A DNA stretch of 57,321 nt from a virus (Duplodnaviria; Caudoviricetes): positions 1-57,321 of IMG/VR virus record IMGVR_UViG_3300037502_001747; one strand, 5' to 3'. Positions 8,527 through 16,075 of the stretch are shown here, one piece after another. The notes beneath the pieces are model-generated. The model searched no databases, was not told the origin of the DNA, and worked only from the letters and a program-made list of their open reading frames with translations. How positions within the stretch are numbered: position 1 is the first letter of the stretch; each line of letters starts with the position of its first letter. The position numbers and the translations under genes are program-made.

Positions 8527-9223
8527 TGGTCTGGTTCTCCGTGGTGAGGGCGGCGCGGGCGATTTCGCCCATGCGAAGGACAAGGCCGCGAAGGACGTTC
8601 ACGCTGCACCCGTCGATGTGTTTTTCTGGGTCAAGCGCGTCGATGTTCTTCAACGCCCCCCGCATCGCCTCCACCTGTTCTTTCAGACTGGCGACGGTGG
8701 CCTCGGCGGCTTCGGCTCTAGCGGTCATTTCCGCCATTGCCTCTTTATGGATCGACCAAGAAAAATCAGGTTGACCATACCGCGCTGTATTCAGCTCCCG
8801 GCCAAGGCGCATGACTTCTTCCTGTAGTTTTGACGCTTGCCGCTGGTATTCATCCCGCTCCTTCTCCACCTCTGCCAGCTTGTCGGCCAAAGCCTGCGAT
8901 TTCTGCGACCAGAACCTCCATAAGTTCGACGGATCGTTTTCCTGCGCGGCGCGTTCAAGGTCTGCCAGCTTGGCCTCGGCGGCGAGTTGCGCCTCATACG
9001 CATCCTGCGCCTGACCGGATGCGGCAAGCACGTCAAGGGCAAGGTCACGCTTCTGCGCCTCCAACTCACGGATGGCGGCGATCAGGGCGGGGACGCCTGC
9101 CACGATCTGCGCGGCGTCCTCTACGTCAACCGCAGCCCAATCCTGCCAGTCGTATTTCCGCAGCCGCTTGATCGTGGTCAGCGCAGCCTCACCCTGCGCG
9201 CACAGGTCGGTGTAATTAGTCAT
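8519..9223 (-). CDS. Coiled-coil early protein (Ead/Ea22-like architecture)
   Basis: Long heptad coiled coil ending ARAALTTENQTNG. Confidence 0.65.
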   Translation of the reverse strand: MTNYTDLCAQGEAALTTIKRLRKYDWQDWAAVDVEDAAQIVAGVPALIAAIRELEAQKRDLALDVLAASGQAQDAYEAQLAAEAKLADLERAAQENDPSNLWRFWSQKSQALADKLAEVEKERDEYQRQASKLQEEVMRLGRELNTARYGQPDFSWSIHKEAMAEMTARAEAAEATVASLKEQVEAMRGALKNIDALDPEKHIDGCSVNVLRGLVLRMGEIARAALTTENQTNG

Positions 9224-9464
9224 CGCTGCTGCCCCCATTGCTGTCCGAGGAGCCGCTCACATCCCCATTATCATCAGAAGACCCCCCGTTGTGATGTCCG
9301 CCATCGCCTCCATGATCAGGTGGAAGACCATGATCCACAGCACGATCAGAACGATCCATTTCAACACAGGGGCAGTACTCCACGATGGGGTTGCAGGGGC
9401 GCAGGCACGGGTCGACGTGCGGGACGCAGGCGGCAAGGGGTAGGATCAGGAACAGGGCTTTCAT
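9216..9464 (-). CDS. Putative Cys-rich lipoprotein with G/D/S low-complexity tail
   Basis: Signal MKALFLILPLAA|C (lipobox); four more Cys; acidic tail. Confidence 0.65.
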   Translation of the reverse strand: MKALFLILPLAACVPHVDPCLRPCNPIVEYCPCVEMDRSDRAVDHGLPPDHGGDGGHHNGGSSDDNGDVSGSSDSNGGSSDD

Positions 9465-9862
9465 CAGTAGCGATCCTTCATCAGTTCTCCAGCGTCGACG
9501 TTCAGGTCGACATCAGGGATGATGCTCTGGGGCTTGAAGACGACCCTGTAGTGATAGACGCTGGCGTTGGCCGTCTCCAGCTGCTCGACGAAGTAGGTGA
9601 CGTTGTCAGAGATGCCGAGGAAGTGCTTCTTGTAGGCGTCGTGGCCCGTCTTGCAGGTCACCTCCAGCTGCACATCTGCAGCGTCCTTTTCGATGGAGCA
9701 ACGCCCCTCGATGGTCAGCATGTAGCTGTCCGTGATGCCGTTGTAGAAGACGATACGGCGGTCGATCTCGAACATGTCCGCAGCTTTGGACAGGTTGTGA
9801 GATGCCACCTGTGCGTCAGGGACGCAGGCGGCAAGGGGCAGGATCAGGATCAAGCGTTTCAT
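9464..9862 (-). CDS. Conserved phage lipoprotein (family often labelled RDF in annotations)
   Basis: MKRLILILPLAA|C lipobox; ASHNLSKAADMFEIDRRIVFYNGITDSYMLTIEGRCS...YKKHFLGISDNVTYFVEQ. Confidence 0.8.
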   Translation of the reverse strand: MKRLILILPLAACVPDAQVASHNLSKAADMFEIDRRIVFYNGITDSYMLTIEGRCSIEKDAADVQLEVTCKTGHDAYKKHFLGISDNVTYFVEQLETANASVYHYRVVFKPQSIIPDVDLNVDAGELMKDRY

Positions 9863-10329
9863 TTTTTCCACTTTCTCATCATCTCTTGTTCAGTTGTGGC
9901 TAGGGCTTGCGGGCTGGTGCTGCTCGACACTCGCACCTCAAAAATCTGCACTCCCGGCCCTGCCTTGTAGAGGGGCTTGGGCATGGGGGCATCAGCGGCG
10001 CACAGGTGTTGGTCCCGCCCGTCGAACTGCATGTAATACTGGCCCTCCGAGTGTACGCCCAACGTCGGACGAAGGTCCGGGTCAGGCTGGATCATCGGCT
10101 TGTCCACGCCGTCGCTCATGAACCTCCCCGTCACATAGGCCACGGGGTCTCCCGTCTTTAGCGCAGGTATCTGCCTAGCCATGTCCTGCCACATGCCTGT
10201 GGGTGAAGGCACTGGGGGCAGCGCTGGGGTAGGTGTAGGGACAGCGACAGGCTGGGCAGGGGCCATGCTGGGGCGGATCAACGCCGCAGCAGCAACACCA
10301 CCAAGAAAGAGGCGTCTAGTGAGTTTCAT
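9859..10329 (-). CDS. Twin-arginine (Tat) signal protein resembling the fibre lectin-like core
   Basis: MKLTRRLFLGGVAAAAL...APA Tat signal, Pro-rich linker, then WQD..P...GDPVA / Q.....RP / FDG.D motifs. Confidence 0.7.
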   Translation of the reverse strand: MKLTRRLFLGGVAAAALIRPSMAPAQPVAVPTPTPALPPVPSPTGMWQDMARQIPALKTGDPVAYVTGRFMSDGVDKPMIQPDPDLRPTLGVHSEGQYYMQFDGRDQHLCAADAPMPKPLYKAGPGVQIFEVRVSSSTSPQALATTEQEMMRKWKK

Positions 10330-10523
10330 TTGTCTGCCCATCTGCTGTGATCCGAAAAGAACTGTTCCCTGTTTCCCTCTTGGACATCCAAGGTTGGACG
10401 GCCTTTTTTGCCTGAGAACGTATCTACGCCCACGTTCATGCCCCCAATGCGTTTGTGTTCTTTCTCGCAGTGCGGGCATACTTTGGTTTGGTATGGCGTC
10501 CAGCAATAGTCACATGTTGGCAT
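10326..10523 (-). CDS. Small zinc-ribbon protein
   Basis: CDYC...CPHC. Confidence 0.6.
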   Translation of the reverse strand: MPTCDYCWTPYQTKVCPHCEKEHKRIGGMNVGVDTFSGKKGRPTLDVQEGNREQFFSDHSRWADK

Positions 10524-10524
10524 G

Positions 10525-10596
10525 TTATTTCTTCCTCGCTGGGCAGGCGCGCCCTTGATTGCAGTCGCCGTTGCAGGGTGGGCAGGTCTCAGCCAT
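10525..10596 (-). CDS. 23-aa Cys-rich micropeptide (not in ORF track)
   Basis: MAETCPPCNGDCNQGRACPARKK; fills the intergenic gap, start overlaps the upstream gene. Confidence 0.55.
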   Translation of the reverse strand: MAETCPPCNGDCNQGRACPARKK

Positions 10597-10813
10597 TTCC
10601 AAGCCCCTCCGGTCTGGGTTGCGGGCGGAGCAAGGACGACGGCAGCAATGTCTCTTCGCAGATGACGTTGTAATCGTACTGGCCATCAATGGTGGCCACG
10701 ACGGGGGAGATTGCGGCCTCGCAGGCGGAGAGGTCGCGGTAGATCAGGCCTGAAGTCGAGCCGTCGAGAGGGCCAGACAGCACTGTGATCCAGAGGACGG
10801 TCCAGTATTCCAT
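10589..10813 (-). CDS. Hypothetical membrane-associated protein
   Basis: Hydrophobic N-terminus, two Cys, C-terminal SLLRPQPRP; GAGGAG RBS. Confidence 0.7.
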   Translation of the reverse strand: MEYWTVLWITVLSGPLDGSTSGLIYRDLSACEAAISPVVATIDGQYDYNVICEETLLPSSLLRPQPRPEGLGNG

Positions 10814-10825
10814 TGCGCTTACTCC

Positions 10826-10978
10826 TCAGTGTGGGATGTTGCCGTCTGCATACCAAACGCCTTGCCACATATTGGGCGGGCCTTCAGGTCGGACGGGTTG
10901 TTTCGGTTGTTTCGGTTGTGGTTGGGCGATGACGCCCAACTCATTGAGGAACTTCTCTAGATCACTCTTCAAATTCAT
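10826..10978 (-). CDS. Hypothetical 50-aa protein
   Basis: MNLKSDLEKFLNELG...; PKQ repeats. Confidence 0.5.
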   Translation of the reverse strand: MNLKSDLEKFLNELGVIAQPQPKQPKQPVRPEGPPNMWQGVWYADGNIPH

Positions 10979-11558
10979 CGACATCAGCCTTCTCAGGGTA
11001 GCAGGTATACCACTCACGGCTCGGCTTGGACTGATCCGCCGACCGCCACATGGAGAACTTGGCGCACTGGTTGTCAGCGAACATCGAACGCAGGGTGTAG
11101 GCCACCGTATTGTAGTCGCTCAGCCCATCACCACGGGTCTTGCCGGGGAACAGTTCCGCAAAGGCAGTGCCCACAGTCCACACCCCACCACTCTGGAGCA
11201 GGGCGCGCGTCCGGTCAGCAGTCTTAGGCACCGCAGGCACCGCATCCTGCTGCTCATCAGGCACGTCGATAGGCAGAGTGTATTGGACCGGACGGGGTGC
11301 GGCAGGGATTACTGCCCCCGCAGACAGATGGACAGCCAGCCACGGGGTGCGCTCGGCCTTGTCAGGGAACCTGTTGGGCACAAGTCTGGCGGTGAACTCA
11401 GCACCCACCGTGAGTTTAACTGCGTCGCCCACCTTGTTGGGGATGTAGCAGTTGGTCCCGTCGTCCAGCCGGACGCCGAACCCAGCGCCAGAGGACAGAA
11501 CATTAGCCACCACAATGGTGGCCTCGGTCGGGATGAACATGGTGTTCATGTTGGTCAT
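10962..11558 (-). CDS. Hypothetical protein (possible OB-fold plus winged helix)
   Basis: 198-aa ORF; GAGFGVRLDDG beta-rich N-terminus; ATGA overlap. Confidence 0.7.
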   Translation of the reverse strand: MTNMNTMFIPTEATIVVANVLSSGAGFGVRLDDGTNCYIPNKVGDAVKLTVGAEFTARLVPNRFPDKAERTPWLAVHLSAGAVIPAAPRPVQYTLPIDVPDEQQDAVPAVPKTADRTRALLQSGGVWTVGTAFAELFPGKTRGDGLSDYNTVAYTLRSMFADNQCAKFSMWRSADQSKPSREWYTCYPEKADVDEFEE

Positions 11559-12151
11559 TGCACTTCTTCCTCTTCTACGTCTTCGATCAGTTCGTTTGCT
11601 TCGATGGTGTCCCAGACTGCTTCGTCACTGGTGAGGTAGTCATACTCCTTCTCAAGTTTGCGGTAGAGATCGTCCATGTAGGACCGCCACTGTTCAGTAA
11701 CGTCCTTCCCGAAGTCGGCCATCTCTATGTCCAACTCGCGTTGCCATGCCTCCACCACGTCAAGGTGGAAGTCGGTCGGGCAGTCGATGATGGTGTCCAG
11801 AAGGTCTGCCTCCACACTTATGGACGCGCTGCGCGAGTGGTAATACCTGTGACCGGAGTAACTGAACGCCGACACTATACCGCCGTGCTCTAGCAGCTTG
11901 CGCACCATGGGGTACTGGTCCTGATGGTGGTGGTCGAGGTAGGTCAGCGCGTTGTCCAGCGAACCGACAAAGCAGGCGCCGTCGCCCTGCGACCAGAAGC
12001 CGGAGAAGCATATCCCGTCGACGGCTATGCCGACCTTCTTCATGTCCTCTATGAAGTCAGCCTCAACACAGTCCCACCACGTGTCGAACTCAACGTTAAT
12101 GTGTCTGTACTTTTCCAGCAGAGCAGTGCGTTGCGACGATGCGACCATCAT
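11555..12151 (-). CDS. Highly acidic protein of the FSGFWSQGDGA family
   Basis: FSGFWSQGDGACF and LYRKLEKEYDYLTSDEAV motifs; GGAGG RBS. Confidence 0.75.
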   Translation of the reverse strand: MMVASSQRTALLEKYRHINVEFDTWWDCVEADFIEDMKKVGIAVDGICFSGFWSQGDGACFVGSLDNALTYLDHHHQDQYPMVRKLLEHGGIVSAFSYSGHRYYHSRSASISVEADLLDTIIDCPTDFHLDVVEAWQRELDIEMADFGKDVTEQWRSYMDDLYRKLEKEYDYLTSDEAVWDTIEANELIEDVEEEEVQ

Positions 12152-12356
12152 CTGTTACCTCCAGTGTTGCTTGGTTATGTGCTACATCGTAAAGAACCTG
12201 CTTCAGCAGGTCCACGGTTTTGTCTGCCGATTGGAGTGCCTCATATGCCGCCTCCATGGCATCGTCCTGACCGTTAATAACCAACTGTTGTCGGACTATC
12301 CACACTGCGGCCAGCACCAGTGCTGCACCCGCGACCAGTAGTTCTGTCGGTATCAC
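12096..12356 (-). CDS. Hypothetical membrane protein
   Basis: GTG start (GTGA overlap); TM segment LLVAGAALVLAAVWIV. Confidence 0.6.
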   Translation of the reverse strand: MIPTELLVAGAALVLAAVWIVRQQLVINGQDDAMEAAYEALQSADKTVDLLKQVLYDVAHNQATLEVTDDGRIVATHCSAGKVQTH

Positions 12357-12649
12357 TTTATGTTTCCTTTCATACGGTGCAGCGTGCACAACGCTGTCAC
12401 TACCTGTTGTATATTACCCTCGATAGGTGCAGTCATCTCCGACCCGAGCAGGATACCACGGATTGGTGCCTCATGTGCCTCCTTTTTTACGACGGCTACC
12501 TCAGTGAACTCGTAGGGTGAAGTCTTTCGACTGGGCTTGCAGTAGGGGTTCCGTCGACTGTACGTACCGATCACCAGTGTGAACTTCTCCTGCATGAGCT
12601 TACCCTTCGTGGCCGGGGCGAAGCCGTAGCCTTCGGGGAAGTCTACCAT
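12353..12649 (-). CDS. Hypothetical protein
   Basis: 98-aa ORF in a packed operon. Confidence 0.6.
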   Translation of the reverse strand: MVDFPEGYGFAPATKGKLMQEKFTLVIGTYSRRNPYCKPSRKTSPYEFTEVAVVKKEAHEAPIRGILLGSEMTAPIEGNIQQVVTALCTLHRMKGNIK

Positions 12650-12951
12650 GAGGGCACCCCCTCTAATGGGGTGTATCCCTGCATCCTAAGGCCGGCGATG
12701 TAAGCGATCATCGCGTCACGCTCATTTGCTTCGAACATTTTCTCCGTAATCGACCTGTATATACCACCCATGGCATAGTGATGGAACTTACCCTCCCTGC
12801 TGGACGCCACGAGTATCCGGGCCACACCGTAGCGATCCTTGTGCGCCCGTCCCCTTACCAGCAGGACTCTGAACTGCATGGGTCGTCCCCAGTAGGTAAC
12901 GAGGTAGCGTCGCCGCCACCCCGTCGTTGTTTTGCCTGCCTTGCTGCCCAT
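12643..12951 (-). CDS. Hypothetical protein
   Basis: TGATG coupling with the upstream gene. Confidence 0.6.
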   Translation of the reverse strand: MGSKAGKTTTGWRRRYLVTYWGRPMQFRVLLVRGRAHKDRYGVARILVASSREGKFHHYAMGGIYRSITEKMFEANERDAMIAYIAGLRMQGYTPLEGVPSW

Positions 12952-14108
12952 CACATACGAACCCGGCAGTGCTCCCCGAAGGGGGCGGTCATGTCAGTCG
13001 TCATGGCCCAGATCAGGGGGTAGTTGCAGCCCTCGGGGTAGGGGGTGTAGCCGTCGGTCAGCACGATCGTGCAGACCACAGTGTCAGCATGACCCTCTGC
13101 TTCGAGGTAGTCGAAGGCAGCACGCACGTCAGTGCCGCCACCACCGTGGAAGCGGATGTCGAGGGCATCGTCCGGACCGTAGCACTCGTAGTGGGACACC
13201 GTGCTGTCGAAGTATATGACGTGCATCTTCTCAGGACGCAGGTCTTCGTGCACCATCCGCATCTCGGCCGCCATCTGTGCCAGTTGCTGGTCATCCACAG
13301 AGCCAGAGCAGTCAACGAAGAAGGCAATCGGACCCATCACCTCACCGCTACGGCTGGGCATATACATACCCTGCGAGAGGAAGCGACGGTTGGGGCGGGC
13401 GAAGCTACGCTCGTCAGTCTTGTGCTTGACCACGAACTTCTGGAGCACGTCACGCCAGTCGACGGTGGGGTTGAGGATGCTGTCCACCAGACGGGCCATG
13501 CCTGCTGACAGTTTGCCCATCATCTTGGCGGCTTGTGCAGCCTGTGCCACCTTGACCTTCCACTCAGCAGCCTGTGCAGCCTGCTCAGATGCGGTGCCAT
13601 CACCGTCCTCAAGGTCAGAGCCAGTGCCGCCGGGACCATCGCCGTCACCCTCGCCTTGGTCAGGGAGCAGGGTGTAAATCTGCTCGGACACACCCTGTCC
13701 GGCAACATACAGGTCCTTGTTGAGGCAGCCACACTCGATGAAGGCACCGATGCCCTCGTCGGTCAGCAACTGGTTGATGACATAGTCCGCAGCCTTGTTC
13801 CACTTGCGAGGATCACGGGACTGGCGGCGGAAGTTGTGCTCCAGCATGGGGTGCATACACTCATGGGCCACGAGGAACTTAAGCTGGTCGTCGGTCAGGT
13901 CGGACACGAAAGCGGGGCTGTAGAGCACCCGCTTGCCATTGGTGCGGGCCGTCGGCTTGATCTTGCTGGCACGGAGTGCGTCCTCAAACTCCGGCGTCAT
14001 AAACGTGTGCGGCATACCAAGGGCGATGGCGCCGACGAAGGGATGTTCCAGCACGAGGCTGGTCTTGGCCTTAGCCAAGCGGGTCTTGAGTGTGTCGAGA
14101 GATTGCAT
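12951..14108 (-). CDS. DUF2201-type metallopeptidase-like plus vWA domain protein
   Basis: TARTNG, AHECMH (HExxH), MIDAS DCSGS, GGGGTD, LTDGY. Confidence 0.88.
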   Translation of the reverse strand: MQSLDTLKTRLAKAKTSLVLEHPFVGAIALGMPHTFMTPEFEDALRASKIKPTARTNGKRVLYSPAFVSDLTDDQLKFLVAHECMHPMLEHNFRRQSRDPRKWNKAADYVINQLLTDEGIGAFIECGCLNKDLYVAGQGVSEQIYTLLPDQGEGDGDGPGGTGSDLEDGDGTASEQAAQAAEWKVKVAQAAQAAKMMGKLSAGMARLVDSILNPTVDWRDVLQKFVVKHKTDERSFARPNRRFLSQGMYMPSRSGEVMGPIAFFVDCSGSVDDQQLAQMAAEMRMVHEDLRPEKMHVIYFDSTVSHYECYGPDDALDIRFHGGGGTDVRAAFDYLEAEGHADTVVCTIVLTDGYTPYPEGCNYPLIWAMTTDMTAPFGEHCRVRM

Positions 14109-14113
14109 GTGTG

Positions 14114-14341
14114 TTACTCCTTGTTGGGTTCGGGTGCGAACTGCACGTCACGGATACGGGCAAGAGGGATGCAGGTGGCGGTCCCTGCATCATCGTCGCG
14201 CAGCACAACGACACCTGTCTGGGCCGCCTGCTCCATCATATAGCCAGCGATGCCGGACCCTGCACTCACAGGGTAGGACTTGACCTCACCATCCTCGAAC
14301 GTCACGGTCACGACGGACCGCTGCTTGGGATACTTAGGCAT
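14114..14341 (-). CDS. Hypothetical protein
   Basis: AAGGAG RBS; 75 aa. Confidence 0.7.
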   Translation of the reverse strand: MPKYPKQRSVVTVTFEDGEVKSYPVSAGSGIAGYMMEQAAQTGVVVLRDDDAGTATCIPLARIRDVQFAPEPNKE

Positions 14342-14344
14342 GTG

Positions 14345-14686
14345 TCACTCCTTGTTGAGCTTGGATTCTACGCGCTTCTGCCACAGTCCGTAGGCTTTCA
14401 GCATGTCGTCGGGCCAGAGGTCGTGGTGCACATCCTTGAGAGTGAAGTCCTCCCATGGGGCGTCGCCGACCCGGACGGACAGCACCCTGAACAGCCACGG
14501 CTTGGGGTGGGACTGGTGCACAGCGTCCGTCTCCCTGACCCTCATGGACACAGGTTCCTTGAGGTTCTTGGGCGGGATACCCAGCAGGTCGGCCAGTCGC
14601 AGTGCCTTCTTGAGCTTGGTCATCAGCTCGATCTTATGATGGAGCAGGACGATCATCTCGTCGATGTTTGTGAAGACGTCAGTCAT
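14345..14686 (-). CDS. Hypothetical protein
   Basis: GGAGG RBS; ATGA overlap. Confidence 0.65.
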   Translation of the reverse strand: MTDVFTNIDEMIVLLHHKIELMTKLKKALRLADLLGIPPKNLKEPVSMRVRETDAVHQSHPKPWLFRVLSVRVGDAPWEDFTLKDVHHDLWPDDMLKAYGLWQKRVESKLNKE

Positions 14687-15543
14687 ATGTTACCTCCCAT
14701 AAATGCGCCCATCTTAGCCATGATGTCGGCCGCCTCGGTTGCCACCTGCTTACGAAGGACCGGGTTGTCCTTGATGCTGTCCTTGGTGTGGCTGGCCAGC
14801 TTGGTCTCCACCTCGTAACGCATGGCTTCGAGGTGAGGATCGTCAGTGAAGTTCAGCCGGGGCAGGATGCGACACAGCTCGATGGCGTTGTCAAACAAGC
14901 TCTCATACAGCCGACCCTCCGTGTTCCCCAACCGCTCGGACATCAGCTTAACATGATCGTAAAGACGTTGCCAAGCCTCACGCATAGCCAGACTGGAACT
15001 CTCCTCGACCCGACGCTGGATGTCAGCATGGATGCCAGCCAGTTCGTCGTCTGCCAACTGGACACGGAAGTCGTTGGTCGGGACGGGCATGACCACGAGG
15101 TCCATCTTGAACTTGTGCTTTAGGTCGGAGACATCGGGGTAGTCGGCCGGATCGTAGAGGTTACCGAGGAACCGCTTGGCCGTGATCTGGAGGGACGGGT
15201 AGTCTGTCAGGAACTTACGCACCACAGTATCCCACTCCGACTTGCGTTTGCGGAAGGTGGTCATGAAGCCGAGGTAGTTGGCGGTCGGCAGCATGTGGGT
15301 GTTCTCCAGACCCCACGGCAGAGTGTTGGCGTAGAACTCCCGACGGATGTCACCCGTCATGGTGTGGATGTTGGCAAGGCTGTCGCTCATGGGCAGCAGC
15401 TTCTTGTTGTAGTTCCCTGCATCGCGGCTGGCGTAGTTGGCATCGGCCACCTCACGGGTGGCTTTTTTGTCCAGCTTACGTGCCGTCCACTGGGAGACGT
15501 TGAGTTGCACCAGCAGGGCGCGGTCGGAGAGTTGTGTGGTCAT
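14683..15543 (-). CDS. DUF3150-like protein
   Basis: Start MTTQLSDRALLVQLNVSQWTARKLD after GAGGA; TLPW, YDPADYP, LNFTDDP motifs. Confidence 0.7.
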   Translation of the reverse strand: MTTQLSDRALLVQLNVSQWTARKLDKKATREVADANYASRDAGNYNKKLLPMSDSLANIHTMTGDIRREFYANTLPWGLENTHMLPTANYLGFMTTFRKRKSEWDTVVRKFLTDYPSLQITAKRFLGNLYDPADYPDVSDLKHKFKMDLVVMPVPTNDFRVQLADDELAGIHADIQRRVEESSSLAMREAWQRLYDHVKLMSERLGNTEGRLYESLFDNAIELCRILPRLNFTDDPHLEAMRYEVETKLASHTKDSIKDNPVLRKQVATEAADIMAKMGAFMGGNI

Positions 15544-15553
15544 AGCTGTGTCC

Positions 15554-15880
15554 TCAGTTAGAGATGCGGTTGACGGTGAGGAGGGCGAGAACCTCCTCCT
15601 TGGACAGGGAGGCAGGGTTATCCACCTCGCTGATGGGGATGTTGCCGAGGAGCATGGTGCCGTCCTCGTTCCTGACGTAGCAGACACGGTAGTTAACCGC
15701 CGTGGAGTGGTCCACGTCGTTCACCTGACCCCAGAGTTCTGCGGCGAACTCGTCCGTGCCGTCGTCGTTGTAGTGGTCAGCCCGCACCTTCTCGACGACA
15801 TCAGGCAGGCTGTCTGCTTCGACCTCGACGATGCCATAGACACAGACATCGTAGGCCAAGCAGAGGGTGAACTTGGGCAT
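15554..15880 (-). CDS. Acidic hypothetical protein
   Basis: AAGGAG RBS; 108 aa. Confidence 0.7.
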   Translation of the reverse strand: MPKFTLCLAYDVCVYGIVEVEADSLPDVVEKVRADHYNDDGTDEFAAELWGQVNDVDHSTAVNYRVCYVRNEDGTMLLGNIPISEVDNPASLSKEEVLALLTVNRISN

Positions 15881-15904
15881 GTATTACTCCTTGTGTTGAA
15901 GTTG

Positions 15905-16075
15905 TTAGGGATACCAAGCCAGTATCTTGGGATCACCTTCGATGATCCCAATCAGGTCGCAGTTAACGGTGTCGACTTCCCATTGCCGCACCGCATCCTC
16001 TTGCGTGTCGCCTTCATAGACCTCACAGCCTATGTCGAGGTTCCACGCCTGCCAAATCAGGGTGAACTTAGCCAT
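15905..16075 (-). CDS. Acidic 56-aa protein (not in ORF track)
   Basis: MAKFTLIWQAWNLD...ILAWYP; TGATG coupling to the AAA ATPase. Confidence 0.6.
   Translation of the reverse strand: MAKFTLIWQAWNLDIGCEVYEGDTQEDAVRQWEVDTVNCDLIGIIEGDPKILAWYP

Noticed and set aside
9464-9862. Recombination directionality factor implying lysogeny
   Set aside because: The protein has a lipoprotein signal and no integrase was found in the genome.
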